63,799 bases of DNA, filler included, from Octopus bimaculoides (GCF_001194135.2; 7 parts of 6 records of this genome joined end to end with filler, not necessarily neighbours in it), one strand, 5' to 3'; shown: positions 39,660-52,785, counted from the first letter of the whole stretch. The notes: a model not told the origin generated them from the sequence alone. Program-made: numbers and translations.

Positions 39660-40120
39660 AGATATGCAGTGTTTGAGAAGACCTGGCAAGTCAAGTGAGA
39701 CTGTAGCCATGGCCAACGCCAGTGTCGCATAACCAGACCAATTAAAAGTACCTTCAATTGTCAGGCAATATGCTGTGCTTGAGAAGACCTGTCAAGTGAA
39801 ATTGTAGTAGTGGCTGATGCCAATGCCAGTGGCACATAAAAAGCACTATTCAAGAGTGGGCAATGCCAGTGCTGGTGAAATGTAAAAACCACCATTTGAG
39901 CGTGGCTGATACCAGAGCCACCTGACTGGTCCCTGTGCTGGTAGCATGTAAAAAGCACCCACTACACCCTTCGAGTGGTTGGTGTTAGGAAGGGAATCCA
40001 TCGGTAGAAACCTTGTCAGATCAGATTGGATCCTGGTGCAGCTTCCTGGCTTACCAGTCTGCAGTCAAACTGCCCAACCCATGGCAGCATAGAAAGCAGA
40101 CGTTAAACATTGATGATGAT
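39660..40120 (+). mobile_element. RTE LINE 3' UTR/tail
   Basis: gagtggttggtgttaggaaggg...gacgttaaacattgatgatgat, homologous to 31380-31553. Confidence 0.8.
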
Positions 40121-40886
40121 GATATATATATGTGTACACACACACACACACACACAAACACACGCAATCATGTGCAACCATATTTAATGTTTGTGGAAAT
40201 AGGAATACTATTCAGTGCAGAAATAAGTCCTGGAGTAAAATTCTCCCCACAGACAAAATGTGTAAAACACATTAGGCTATGAATGATGTCAGCAGACTCC
40301 ATGATGCATGCATTTTTGCATCATTGTCTGTCATCAGCTATGAATACAAAATTTGTCATTCACTGTCCTATAAGAACAAGAGTTATTATTTATAAGAACA
40401 ATAAATAGTACATTTGTGATTGTAAATGCTGCAATTACTGTTTAACAAAGAGTTAATGATAAAATATTCATTAGTCCTCAGATATGCTTCTGCTGTTGCT
40501 TTTTGCCGGAATAGTTCTTGTTTTAATATTTTTTGTTTAGAGTTCTTGAATTTAAATTATAGATGTCAATGATTGAATATCATATTGAGTTAAATCTGTC
40601 TCAATATGACAAAGCGATTTTCCACATCAGCCACAATCTCTGAATAGAATGTTTCACAGGTTACTATGACATTGTTATCCTGAACTGATTCCAAACTACA
40701 AAATCCATCTGCATTTTACTGAACAGTATTTTAAGGGGACAAATCTGCAATAGAGGAACTGATGTAAAATTATCTGCAGTCATAATGTAAGTTCTTTTTA
40801 AAATTCAAATATTTAAGTATAATAATCATGTCATGCTATTATATATCAATAAAACTAATCCAATGACTATTTTTATATAATTACAG

Positions 40887-40948
40887 GAATTCCATTTACA
40901 GATCAGGAATTTATAGAAAGGATTAAGATTAAACTGATACAACCCTAT
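40887..40948 (+). CDS. Candidate internal exon (xIPFTDQEFIERIKIKLIQPY) of the HtrL-like gene
   Basis: ttttatataattacAG acceptor and GTAAGA donor; one open frame ending in phase 0, compatible with 46033. Confidence 0.3.
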
Positions 40949-41624
40949 GTAAGAATTTTTGAAATTTCTTCTCAACATATTGTTTCAGTTAAAAAAAGGA
41001 AAGAAAGAAAAAAATTAAACCATAAAAATCAGAATAGTGTTGCATTATTTAAAAATGTTTTTGATATAAATATCAACTTAAAGAAACATTTGCTATTGTT
41101 TTTACTTTCCAACATCTTTTAAATCAGTTATATGTAACATCTTTAGATAAATATTTTTTATCAAAACAATAATAACACTGGGTAACAAAACTTTCATTAT
41201 TTTTTTCTCTGGTCAGTAAGTGTTATTTCCTATTTACTTATATCTAGAAATCAAAGGAAATGACTACTATTCCCTTCAAACTTTGCTTTTGTGATCTGGA
41301 CATCAATGTTTTGAAACTGACCTATTTTCCATTACATTTCAGACAGATTTAGCACTGAGTTACTGAAGCAGAAATGCCATATTACCAAATATTCTGCTCA
41401 GTACCACAGATTTGCTTGTCAGTTGCTTGACCATAACCACTTGAGCATGTCATTTAGTGGCTGATGATATGTGCATCTCTGATCATGAGCAGAAGTAGTG
41501 TGGCGGGGAGCATCATAGCCATGTGTTGAGAGGGATCTTTAGGGTTTGAATAAATGTTACAAAAGCAAAGTTTGAAGGAAATAGCCATTTTTCACACTTT
41601 TGTGGAATGAGGTTAGTCAGTTAC

Positions 41625-41770
41625 AGTGCTGAACTGGTACTTATATCATTGACTCTGAAAAGATGGAAGGCAATGTTGACCTTGAGGGAATTTGAACTCA
41701 GAATGTAAAAAATGGACAAAATGCTGCTAAATATTTTGTTGAATGATTCTGCTAGCTTACTGCCTTACAA
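41625..41770 (-). mobile_element. SINE family A
   Basis: ctggtactt...gaatttgaactcagaatgt...attctgctagcttactgcctt. Confidence 0.7.
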
Positions 41771-42129
41771 CAGGAAGTAGGTGATAGTACAGGAACACCA
41801 CTGTGACACACTGACTGCCATGTGCTGGTGGTGGTGGTGGTGGGGGGGGGTGCAATGAAAGTCACTGTGAGGAAGGAGGGGGACTCTCTTCAGTTAATTT
41901 TTTAGACATGCTTTACAATTTTTATGTGTACAAAATACTGTAACATGAGCATTTGGAAAGTGGTTATCCAGTAGAATGAGGAAACTGCAGGAAAAATATG
42001 TCATTCAATCAATTCCTTTATTCATTACTCTGACAATAACAACAACAATAATAATAATCCCTTAATAACCACAAAGTTTCAAACAAGTAATTCAAAAGAT
42101 CATACATAAAGAGTTACAAAGCATGTGGG

Positions 42130-43420
42130 GATGTTCATATGTATAGTGGGGTTGTGAGATATGTGAAACAAAATATGTTTACAATATATTAAGACAGGTT
42201 ATGATTTAGAAGCTGAATTTTTACTGTTTTCTGAAAACTGGGGGTTCCAAAATTACCCCTGAGCAATTTTGGTCTTAACTGAGTTGAAAGCCCCAAATCC
42301 TCTGGGCCATAATATCTCAGCTGTTCATATACTACTGGCCTAATCTTTCTTGACCATCTATCATCTAAGGGTACTTGGTTCTTCTTCAATCAGCACAGTA
42401 ATTTACTTGTCTTCTTTTAAAGTCATCTTTAAATCTAATAGACTGGCATTCTCCCATGGGACTATCATAATCATAGAGTTCAAACACTCTGTGGAAGTAG
42501 GCCCCTCTTCATGAGGAACTTTTGCTGTTTTTGTCTGACATTTTTGTCTCCTCTTTCTTTTCTTAGTAGTTCCCCCTACCATTCTCAATTTTTGAGCTCC
42601 TTCCTCACAACCATTGATGATGTTATGCTTTATGGTATTGCTTCCCATAAGCTCTGGCTGGTCTTGTGCTAGAAAAGGGTACCCCTTGGGTTCTGAGTCA
42701 TCATCTACCCTTTGCATTAGTGTTATTGAGAATGAGGCAATTTTGCTTGCCTGTAATTTGACTTGTCCTGGATGCAGCTGGTGGTGCTCTTGAAATAGTG
42801 ACAGCAGCTACAATTGTCTTCACTTAGGAACAACCATTGTTATTGCTAGTATCTCTGCTGTTGGCAACCACTCTCTCTTTTCCCTCTGATTTTTCAGACT
42901 TTTGAGTGACTGCAATAATGCTTTCTGACTTTTACAAACATTCTGATTAAATCCTCTACTCTCTGAAAAGAGTACAATTCTAGTATATCCTTTTGGCCCT
43001 TGGGGATCAATAGAACCTGGATGCTCGTATAGAATTCACCAAACCAAATGCTGTTGTAAGTTACCCACACACTCAAAACATATCTATACTATTATGCAAA
43101 GATGATGACCTGTAAAGGGTCGAGATCCATGACAATATCTCTGGCCATGATTCTATCATTCCCAAAAGTTATGTACTGTGATAGCAGCCTTTGGGTAGGT
43201 ATGTAGGTATGTAGCTTTACCTATTTCATCTTGTATTTTATCTTCTATATACTCTTGGTTGAAGCACATATCCTTCGACATACCAACCAAAGTCTCTTTC
43301 AGCTCTTCCTTTGAAGGTCTATAGAAGCCTTTTAATTTTATGTAAAACACTGGTTTGTTACCTTCCTCCTCGCTCTTTCCTTGGTGAAAATCTTTGGACA
43401 AGAAAACAATATGCTTTGTG
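42130..43420 (-). mobile_element. Decayed gag/ORF1-like region of a LINE
   Basis: Several broken minus-strand ORFs; IRMFVKVRKHYCSH resembles the VEGRKPxCxxC zinc-knuckle context of LINE ORF1. Confidence 0.35.
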
Positions 43421-43424
43421 ACAT

Positions 43425-43668
43425 AGTTAGCACATAAAATACACCATTTGAGCGTGGCCGTTGCCAGTACCGTCTGACTGGCCTTCGTGCGGGTGACACG
43501 TAAAAGCACCCACTACACTCTCAGAGTGGTTGGCGTTAGGAAGGGCATCCAGCTGTAGAAACTCTGCCAAATCAGATTGGAGTCTGGTGTAGCCATCTGG
43601 TTTCACCAGTCCTCAGTCAAATCGTCCAACCCATGCTAGCATGGAAAGCGGACGTTAAACGATGATGG
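43425..43668 (+). mobile_element. RTE LINE 3' tail
   Basis: Close match to 31300-31535, ending GGACGTTAAACGATGATG. Confidence 0.88.
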
Positions 43669-44149
43669 TTAGCAGTGCATTTTCTTTTAGATGGTTCAAG
43701 TTCAGTTGTTCCTTTTGTCCTTCCACATCAGCAAATGATAGAAATTGTTGCTGTTGTTGTTAGTTGGGTTACCTTTGCTTCTTGAACTGTTTATTTTCAT
43801 CATTCAAAAAAATGTTTCCAACACTATGTGCCTTCTGATGTACAGTGTAGATGTCTTACTTCAAAGTTCCATCTGTGTGTTTTTTTTTGTTTGAATATAT
43901 TTTGGGGGCGTGTTTGTTTGCATTACTGCAACAACCAGTATGATAAGCATCATAACATACCATCTCTGAGGCAGTGAATGAGTAAATGTTGCACATGAAA
44001 ATTTGTAAAAAATGTGTAAAGCAGTTTAAAATGTTTTAAGACAAACCTTTTCTTTACTCCAGGTAATGAAATAGACATTCAAATGTTCCTAAGATATTTA
44101 GTAGTTAAAAGAACAAATCCCTCTTTCTGCTCCTACTACTGTTACTACT

Positions 44150-44625
44150 AAATTATAATCCTTTCTACTAAAGGCACAATGCCTGAAATTTGTTGGAAGG
44201 GGACTAGTTGATTACGTCAACCCCATGTTTCACTGGTACTTAATTTATTGACTCTGAAAGGATGAAAGGCTAACTTGACCTTGGCAGGATTAGAACTCAA
44301 AATGTAGCAACAAACGAAATACTGCTAAGCATTTCACCCAGTGTGCTAACAATTCTGCCAGCTCACCACCTTAATAACAACAACAACAACAACAACAACA
44401 ACAATAATGGTGATGATGATATTTTTTCTAATTTTATCACAAGATCAGCAAATTTGAGGGGAAAGGGCTAGTCAACTACATCAAATCCAGTACTTGATAC
44501 TAGTACTTTATTTTATCCCTGTAAAGATGAAAGATATATAGTTGTCCTCAGCAGGATTTGAACTCAAAATGTAAAGATCTATAACAAATGCCATTGATGA
44601 TTCTGCCAGCTAGCCACCTTAATAA
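44150..44625 (-). repeat. Two head-to-tail SINE family A copies with an (AAC)n/(GAT)n spacer
   Basis: Heads ccagctcaccacctt (~44360) and ccagctagccacctt (~44606). Confidence 0.75.
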
Positions 44626-45034
44626 TTATACTAACAATTATAACTAGCTGGAACCGTAGGTATTCCATGGAGTAGGCAAGCTCTACAACTTTCTTATTGT
44701 ATTTTATATTTGAAATATATATATATATACAAAAATAGCTCAAACTGAAAGAATTATTTTAATGCAGAGCAACATATGAAATGCAGCAACACTTTCTGGT
44801 GTGTAGTAGATTTTTGGTGAAAAATTGTTCATGAAGTTTCACTGTGGTTAGATAAATTTCATGGATCTCTGTGAAATGTGACTATTCACATTGAACAATA
44901 AACATGATAGAAGTCTTTTAACTTTTACTTGCTTCAGTCATTAGAATGTGGCCATGCTAGGGAGAATTTTTAGCCAAATGAATTGCTTTCAGTACTTATT
45001 ATATTGGTCTCTTTTGCTGAACCACAAAGTTACA

Positions 45035-45260
45035 TGGATGTAAACACCAACATTAGTTGTCAAGTGGAGGTAGGGGACAAACAAACACACACACACACAC
45101 ACTTCTTTCAGTTTCTTTCTATAAATCCACTCACAAGACTATGGTCAGCCTGAAGCAAGCTATAGCAGAAGACACTTGCTCAGAGGTTCCACATAGTGAG
45201 ACTAAATCTGGAACTATCTGGCTGGGAAGCAAGCTTCTGACCACACAGCCATGCCTGCAC
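45035..45260 (-). mobile_element. SINE family B
   Basis: ttgtcaagtgg...(CA)n...aaatccactcacaag...accacacagccatgcc. Confidence 0.8.
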
Positions 45261-46032
45261 CTATAAACATTTGCTTTTCTGAATATCCTTGACATATAAG
45301 CATGAAGGTGTTTTGATTTACTGTTGACATATTTTTTCAGTGTTACATGTACAACATTTCATCTATTTGGCCATGTAGCTATCATATCTGTTAAAACAAA
45401 CTTGTTAAGTTCAGTCTCTGTTCATGTATCCTGTTCTTCCATCTCAGATAAAGAATAGAGAAAATATATTGATTTGAGATATATGTTTTTATATATTTAC
45501 AGTTTAGAAAATAAAACTTTTCTATTAATCTTCCTCTAACATCATTTTACTCCTTATACATGAATTAATATTAATACTATATCACTCATTAACATCTTCC
45601 CATTGCATCTTGGTCTTATATGTAATTTTACATACTATCATCACTTAATTGTAATTATTGCTTTTCTGTGTTGATTGTGTTTAGATTGATCTAAATAATT
45701 TCAAAGTTGATTATCTATTGTTGTTATTGAGGTCACTGAAGGGTGATAGTATTTTATACTAACTGAAATTTTCTTAGATATAAATATTTCCTTATGATAT
45801 TAATTATGATAATGCCTGTATATATTTGTTAAAAAGATTTCCCTCTTTCATTTAGGCCAAATGATTCACTCAATCTTATAATTTTATTTGTAGTCATTTG
45901 TTTTATAATATATATATATATATTGTGATTTTCAATGATGAGAATATGACACTATAAAGATATGACCTATTTTGAATTGTTTTTCTTGAATGTCCTATCT
46001 TAATATAATTTTAACTATTATTTATTCAACAG

Positions 46033-46968
46033 GATCCTCAGACAAAATTGATTAATGACTTGAATATAACATTCACAACACCAAACATCATTCAAAATTC
46101 TACAGAAATATCTTCAATTCAGGAAGACATTTTCTCTTTTAAAACGGAACTTCCAAAAAATTCTATGAACCTTTCCAATGAAATCTCAGTATTGACTGCA
46201 TATTTCAATTTAGGAGCCTTTGCAAAAGGAAGTCCTGGACATAAGTATACTCCAAATGGCTATTACAAATGGATGTCTATATTTGGCAGCATGACTAATA
46301 ATCTAATTGTTTATACAGATGATAAAACTGCATACGAATATTTCCAAAAATTAAGGGAAAAGTTTCCTAAAGAACGAACGAAGTTATTTCTGATAGACAA
46401 GAAAGAATTGTGGTCATTTAATATAGAAAAAAATATTTCTGATATATTTAAACAGCCTGGTTACCCACGATTTCTTCCCAATACTGTTGTGCCTGGATAT
46501 TCTTGTGCCATGCATGCAAAATTTGAAGTTCTTAACCGGGTTATAAGAAAGAACTATTTTCATACTAAATACTTTATGTGGTTAGATATTGGACTTTTTC
46601 GATCTCTCACTAGAACTCCTAAATTTGAATTGAGAGTACCTACAAATTTTGATGATACTAAAGTTGCTTACAGCTTTGTATTTGATTTTAAGAAGGATGT
46701 AACTTATAAAGACATTATTTATCACAACATGGTGTGGGTAGGAGGTGCCAGCAATCTTGGTAAATATGATGTTTTGTACAAATTTACTCAAGAGTATTTG
46801 AACTTTGTTAACAAGTCTTTGTCCATAAAACTAATGAGTACAGATCAACAGATAATATATGGAATGTATGTGGATAAACATAAACCAGAAACAAAACTTC
46901 AACTTTATAAAACAGGTTGGTTTAAATTGGGTTATTTATGCTATGCAGCTAAAAATACACCAACCTGA
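46033..46968 (+). CDS. HtrL/YibB-family protein (PF09612-like), putative glycosyltransferase-like; large terminal exon
   Basis: Intact 311-codon frame after acceptor tttattcaacAG; motifs VLTAYFNLG, LIVYTD, YSCAMHAKFE, YFMWLDIG, VWVGG, MSTDQQII; sequons NIT, NST, NLS in the N-terminal stem; family assignment from recalled motifs. Confidence 0.82.
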   Translation, partial: DPQTKLINDLNITFTTPNIIQNSTEISSIQEDIFSFKTELPKNSMNLSNEISVLTAYFNLGAFAKGSPGHKYTPNGYYKWMSIFGSMTNNLIVYTDDKTAYEYFQKLREKFPKERTKLFLIDKKELWSFNIEKNISDIFKQPGYPRFLPNTVVPGYSCAMHAKFEVLNRVIRKNYFHTKYFMWLDIGLFRSLTRTPKFELRVPTNFDDTKVAYSFVFDFKKDVTYKDIIYHNMVWVGGASNLGKYDVLYKFTQEYLNFVNKSLSIKLMSTDQQIIYGMYVDKHKPETKLQLYKTGWFKLGYLCYAAKNTPT

Positions 46969-47169
46969 TGTGTATATACATGTGTATAAGATAATATGAA
47001 GATATCAGCATCTTGTTCACACACACACACACACACACACACAATTCATCTTTCACCTGGGGCATAAATCACCTTTGTTCAGCATTCTTGTTTTTACAGC
47101 TTTGTTCTTTCATATTTCCTCTGTCTCTCTATCTCTCTCTGCATATATATATATATATATATATATATG

Positions 47170-47492
47170 AGCGTTGGGCCTCACAGAGGCAAAGTGGCTG
47201 AGTTCCTTTCGAGTGATATGCCTCACGGAGGCAATGACCTTTGGCATTATGTTGTGCTTGTGAAGAAGTCCCATCAAGCCAAGCAAAACCGCAGTCATGG
47301 CAGATACTGGTGTCCTGCAAATGGCACTCATTACACCCTCAGAGTGGTTGGCATTAGGAAGGGCATCCAGCCATAGAAAACTATGCTAAATCAGACTGGA
47401 GTTTGGTTGCAGCCTTCCAGCTTACCAGCCAAAGTCAAACCGTCCAACCCATGCCAGCATAGACAGCAGACGTTAAATGATGATGATGATAC
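47170..47492 (+). mobile_element. RTE LINE 3' UTR/tail
   Basis: agagtggttggcattaggaagggcatcc...gacgttaaatgatgatgatgat. Confidence 0.8.
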
Positions 47493-48949
47493 ATAATGAG
47501 GACTAAGATTGAAATCATTGAAAAGTCAGTACAATGATGCTAATAGAAATATAGGAGTGAAAAACAGAAGACAGCTTGTACTTTACGCTATATGTCAATA
47601 TTTCAAGGTTAATATCTCTCATCTGGAGAAAATGCAAGATGGTGTTCAGCTGGCATGCTTTGCTCAGATGTATTGGGAAGAGGTTGGGGGTTGAGACCTG
47701 CATTGAACAATCTGTCTTGCATAACTCTAGTTTTGTCAGAAGCACCATCTGGAGGCTACATATCAGTATCAAGGAACATATGCAGACAAACACATCATTC
47801 AAAAAAACACTTGGAGAAATGCCACACTCAGGTCTTCACAGTTACAACAGAGCATAATACTGGTAATTTGAAGATTAAAGAAGTCCATCATTAATAAAAG
47901 GAAACTATTGATCAATAAAACTGAGTTACAAGTGGCAGATTGGTTATTGTAACAATACCTACCATTCTGCACATATCACAAACCATCTTCCTATACATTT
48001 GAGCTAAAGATACCAGCTGACATCAACCTCTATTTTTCCCCTGATAAAGAGGTATTGAGCCCAAAATATAGAAATATGAAATAAAGGGCAAACTACTTTT
48101 CGGTCTTTTTTATTTGTTTTCGCACCCATATTTCAATTTGCATGACATTAGTTTTTGAACAATTTCAGTCTTAATTTTGAATATCACATAATGCTTCACT
48201 CAGATATATCTGTAAAAAGAGAATGTTTTTGATGTTTGTTATTGTTTTATATATATATATATAACAATTACAAACATCAAAAACTATCTCTTTTTATAGA
48301 GTCAAACTAATACATTCCATGTGCACATTCTCTTGTTTGTAATTGTTAATTTTAATGATTATTTATTTGATTTGACTATGTGTGTATTTTTCATGCTATG
48401 CTTAGAAGCAATGCATGTAACCAGAATCTCCAACTTGAGCTGAAGGGAACAAACCATTCCAAATTCTTGTTATAGTATTTGTGTGGATGAAGCTAGGACT
48501 GACCAGATTGTACTGGCATAGAATCATATGATGTATAATAATGAAGTCAGATTAAATAATGATATTTTGAATGCATTTGGTACATAGATTTCAGATGATT
48601 GTGTAATAGACAAAAAGGGAATTTTGTGTCATATACAAAGTTTTCCTCAATTAAGACATACCAAAATATAGAAATATATGGCTTAACTGAGGAAAATTTT
48701 GCTTAAGAGATGGAATTCCTTTCTTATCTGTTGCACTATTATCTGAAATGTACCTATTAAAACATTAAAAGCATCACTACCCAGCATGGATGATATATAT
48801 ATATATATATATATANNNNNNNNNNNNNNNNNNNNNNNNNNNNNNNNNNNNNNNNNNNNTTAATTAATTAANNNNNNNNNNNNNNNNNNNNNNNNNNNNN
48901 NNNNNNNNNNNNNNNATATACACAGACACACACTCACACACACACAGAG

Positions 48950-49090
48950 GATGGGCTTCTTCCACACTACTATAGCCTCGGGTGTTGGTCGACCCGAGTT
49001 TATAGTAGACGACACTTGTCCAAGGTACCATATAGTGGTGCTGAACCCGGAACCATTTGTTTGTGAAGCAAAGTTCTTACTACAATGCCA
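48950..49090 (-). mobile_element. SINE family B 5' half
   Basis: gtagacgacacttgtccaagg...gaacccggaaccat. Confidence 0.7.
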
Positions 49091-49302
49091 CGCTTGTCAT
49101 GTGTGTGTAAATGTAAGCATGTATGTATGGATGGATGGATGTATGCATGCAGACAGGCAGGCATTCAAACAAATTTACATACATAAATACATTAATACAA
49201 TTAAGTCAACCATTTTCCCCTACCACCACCATCTACCACTCATTACTAAATCCTTTCCCTTTGTCCTCTCTATTATTTTGGGGCTTTATATCTCCATCCT
49301 CA

Positions 49303-49322
49303 CCTAACCCTAACCCTAACCC
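49303..49322. repeat. Short interstitial (CCCTAA)3 telomere-type repeat
   Basis: CCTAACCCTAACCCTAACCC. Confidence 0.6.
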
Positions 49323-50282
49323 TTAATAATTCTCGTTTTCCTCAGTTACTGACAGAGGTTGTTATGTTGTCACATGGCCAGTAGAGCACCGTAGCGTAGA
49401 ACCTGCTTCTAGAGGCTATGTCTATACTTTCATATAATTCTACAGATCCAACTGGACGGCTTTTCAAACGATTTGTTTTTGAAGCTCTTGATGCGATGAC
49501 CGAAATTCTGCTGAAGCATACTTGCCCATTTCGTTTTATACACAGATCGATCGATAGCCGAATACAACGATCTCAATACTTGAACGTTAGTCAATAGTTT
49601 TCGATTTTTAGCAAGAAAGATAGAAAGTAGATTTGATTCGGCGGTAATTTGAATTTGGTAAGTCAAGATCAGCGACAAAAGTCGATGTTCTAATGATTCT
49701 GGCAAATTAACTGCCTTTTGTGTATATATATATATATNNNNNNNNNNNNNNNNNNNNNNNNNNNNNNNNNNNNNNNNNNNNNNNNNNNNNNNNNNNNNNN
49801 NNNNNNNNNNNNNNNNNNNNNNNNNNNNNNNNNNNNNNNNNNNNNNNNNNNNNNNNNNNNNNNNNNNNNNNNNNNNNNNNNNNNNNNNNNNNNNNNNNNN
49901 NNNNNNNNNNNNNNNNNNNNNNNNNNNNNNNNNNNNNNNNNNNNNNNNNNNNNNNNNNNNNNNNNNNNNNNNNNNNNNNNNNNNNNNNNNNNNNNNNNNN
50001 NNNNNNNNNNNNNNNNNNNNNNNNNNNNNNNNNNNNNNNNNNNNNNNNNNNNNNNNNNNNNNNNNNNNNNNNNNNNNNNNNNNNNNNNNNNNNNNNNNNN
50101 NNNNNNNNNNNNNNNNNNNNNNNNNNNNNNNNNNNNNNNNNNNNNNNNNNNNNNNNNNNNNNNNNNNNNNNNNNNNNNNNNNNNNNNNNNNNNNNNNNNN
50201 NNNNNNNNNNNNNNNNNNNNNNNNNNNNNNNNNNNNNNNNNNNNNNNNNNNNNNNNNNNNNNNNNNNNNNNNNNNNNNNNNN

Positions 50283-50339
<57 letters not shown>

Positions 50340-50577
50340 TGATATAATATATATATATCATATTATATATATCATCTCTCTCTATATACATACATATATA
50401 TATATATATATCATATTATGATAAGTGCCAACGCATGAAACTCTCGGACCTTGAGTCACTCTGTTGCTTCTGCTAAATATTTATTAAAATATATATATAC
50501 TCATATTTTGAGTTCTATTTTTCCTGTTTGCATCACCACACATTATATATATATATATATATATATATATAGATATA

Positions 50578-50955
50578 CTCTTTTACTCGTTTCAGTCATT
50601 TGACTGCAGTCATGCTGGGGCACCGCCTTCAGTAGTCGTAGAAATCGACCCCAGTACTTATTCTTTGTAAGCCTAGTACTTATTCTATCAAAATCTTTTG
50701 CTGAAACCCTAGGTTATGGGGACGTAAACACACCAACATCGGTTGTCAAGTGATAGTGGGGAGGGGACAAACAAAGACACACAAACATATATACGACGGG
50801 TTTCTTTCAGTTTCCGTCTACCAAGTTCACTGACAAGGCTTCGGTCGACCCGAGACTATAGTAGAAAACACTTGCCCCCAAGGTGTCACGCTGTGGGACT
50901 GAACCCGGAACCATGTGGTTGAGAAGCAAGCTTGTTACCACAGAGCCACGCCTGC
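50578..50955 (-). mobile_element. SINE family B, full length
   Basis: Complete tail, centre and tRNA-like head (minus strand GGCGTGGCTCTGTGGTAACAAGC...CCGGGTTCAGTCCC). Confidence 0.9.
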
Positions 50956-50999
50956 GTCTATGCATGCATGCATAGATGCATATGTTCTTATTTTGGTTC

Positions 51000-51180
51000 C
51001 AAATTTTTACACAAGCTCAGTAGTTTTATGGAGGGAGTAAGTCCATTACATCGATCCCAGTGCTCAACCAGGCCTTAATTCATCGACTCCGAAAGGATGA
51101 AAGGCAAACTCGAACTCAAAACGAAATACCACTAAGCATTTTTCCCGGTGTCCTAACGGCTCTGCCAGCTCATCGCCTTT
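51000..51180 (-). mobile_element. SINE family A
   Basis: catcgatcccagtgctc...gaaaggatgaaaggcaaa...tctgccagctcatcgcctt. Confidence 0.75.
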
Positions 51181-52211
51181 TCTTCTTACAATATAATATA
51201 TTGTATTGTATTATAACTGTGTTTGAGCTTGCTCTTTTTTTTACATTAAAATGGTTTTGCATATTCCTTTATTTGTCCTTTATATTTAGTCAGGAATAAT
51301 AGCGTTTCTAAATCCATTAGTCCATTAAAGCTTCAAGACTTTGCTGGTCTTATCATTAGAATGAAAAGATGGTGATAATGGTGTGCTATTATTTACTTTC
51401 ATATAAACACGAAACAACTTTTCTCCTAAACACAATAAACCGCAAAAAAAAATTAAAATAAAGAAAATTAAAAGAAATGCAAACTCTATATCCGAATTCA
51501 ACGGAAATACATGATTAAACGTCAAGTAGACAAAAACAAAAACAAGCTCATTTTTATTAACATCACTTCAGCCCGATGCCTGGGTCGGTATTGAATTTAT
51601 GAACGACGTTATTGTTTCAAACGAAACAAAAGGCTAATAGCTGTATAAGGGGAAAGACACAAGAAAAGTCATTAAATCCTAAGTCTTGTTTTTAACATTT
51701 TTAAAAGATGATCTTTTTTCCTATTTACACAAATGTGTGTGTATAATTATTCGTGCGTACATATATATTTGCATAATAACAAATGAATACATTTATACTT
51801 AATTACGTATATATATATATACATATATAAAGATTAAAGCTAGTAGCCGTGTATATATATATATATATATATATACAGCGTCAAGACTATTGAAAAGGTT
51901 GCAAGATGCAACGAAAATTTTAGGAAAATAAAAATAAGGAATAAGTGGAAATTTTACCGGTGAGTGTTAAATTATAAGGCACAAAAAGAAAATGACTCTC
52001 CCCAGACACAACAGAATATGCTTCAACACACGAACTCACATAAAGAATCTTGCAAACCAAATCCAAAAACGAAATATATATATNNNNNNNNNNNNNNNNN
52101 NNNNNNNNNNNNNNNNNNNNNNNNNNNNNNNNNNNNNNNNNNNNNNNNNNNNNNNNNNNNNNNNNNNNNNNNNNNNNNNNNNNNNNNNNNNNNNNNNNNN
52201 NNNNNNNNNNN

Positions 52212-52264
<53 letters not shown>

Positions 52265-52604
52265 GGTAAAGCTCCCTTCAGTCATGAATGACCATGAGAT
52301 TACAGCAAAGAAGTTCCTCTCCGATGCATAAGTCCGAGCAAGGTTGTTAATGTAAAACCAGCAGTTTATCTAACAGGTCGATAAACCACGTAAAGGTGTT
52401 GTCTTCGTTGTATGTGTCCATCGTAGTGGTCTTCATAGTAATTTCTAAGGCAGTGGAGATCAGTATACATGATGTGTCGGTACTTGGAGGTTTTCGATTG
52501 ACTAAAATAGCGTAACTTTAAATGATTGTGTAACTTCTTTTATTGAAAAATAAACGCGAGTTTCGTTATCAACAAGCACAACCACATCAAAAATACATAT
52601 TGAC

Positions 52605-52785
52605 AACACCGGTTATCAAGCGATGGTAGGGGACAAACACAGACCCAAAGGTTCCGTTTAACAAATCAATTCACAAGGCTTTGGTAGACCCAATGTTAAA
52701 GTGAAAGACGCATGCTCAAGGTGCGACACAGTGGAAGTGAACCCGGAACTACGTGCTTGGGAAGCAAACTTCTTACCACACCTAC
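52605..52785 (-). mobile_element. SINE family B fragment
   Basis: tcaagcgatggtaggggacaaacacagac...gaacccggaac. Confidence 0.75.

Noticed and set aside
40484-40540. MLLLLLFAGIVLVLIFFV signal-anchor-like stub
   Set aside because: Ends in TAG with no suitable donor; the region may be an antisense transposon relic
47530-47890. Possible decayed RTE/BovB-like C-terminus
   Set aside because: Motif similarity too weak to support a call
51325-51525. 66-aa minus-strand ORF with TM-like stretch
   Set aside because: No ATG; the hydrophobic part is a T-rich tract; no recognisable homology
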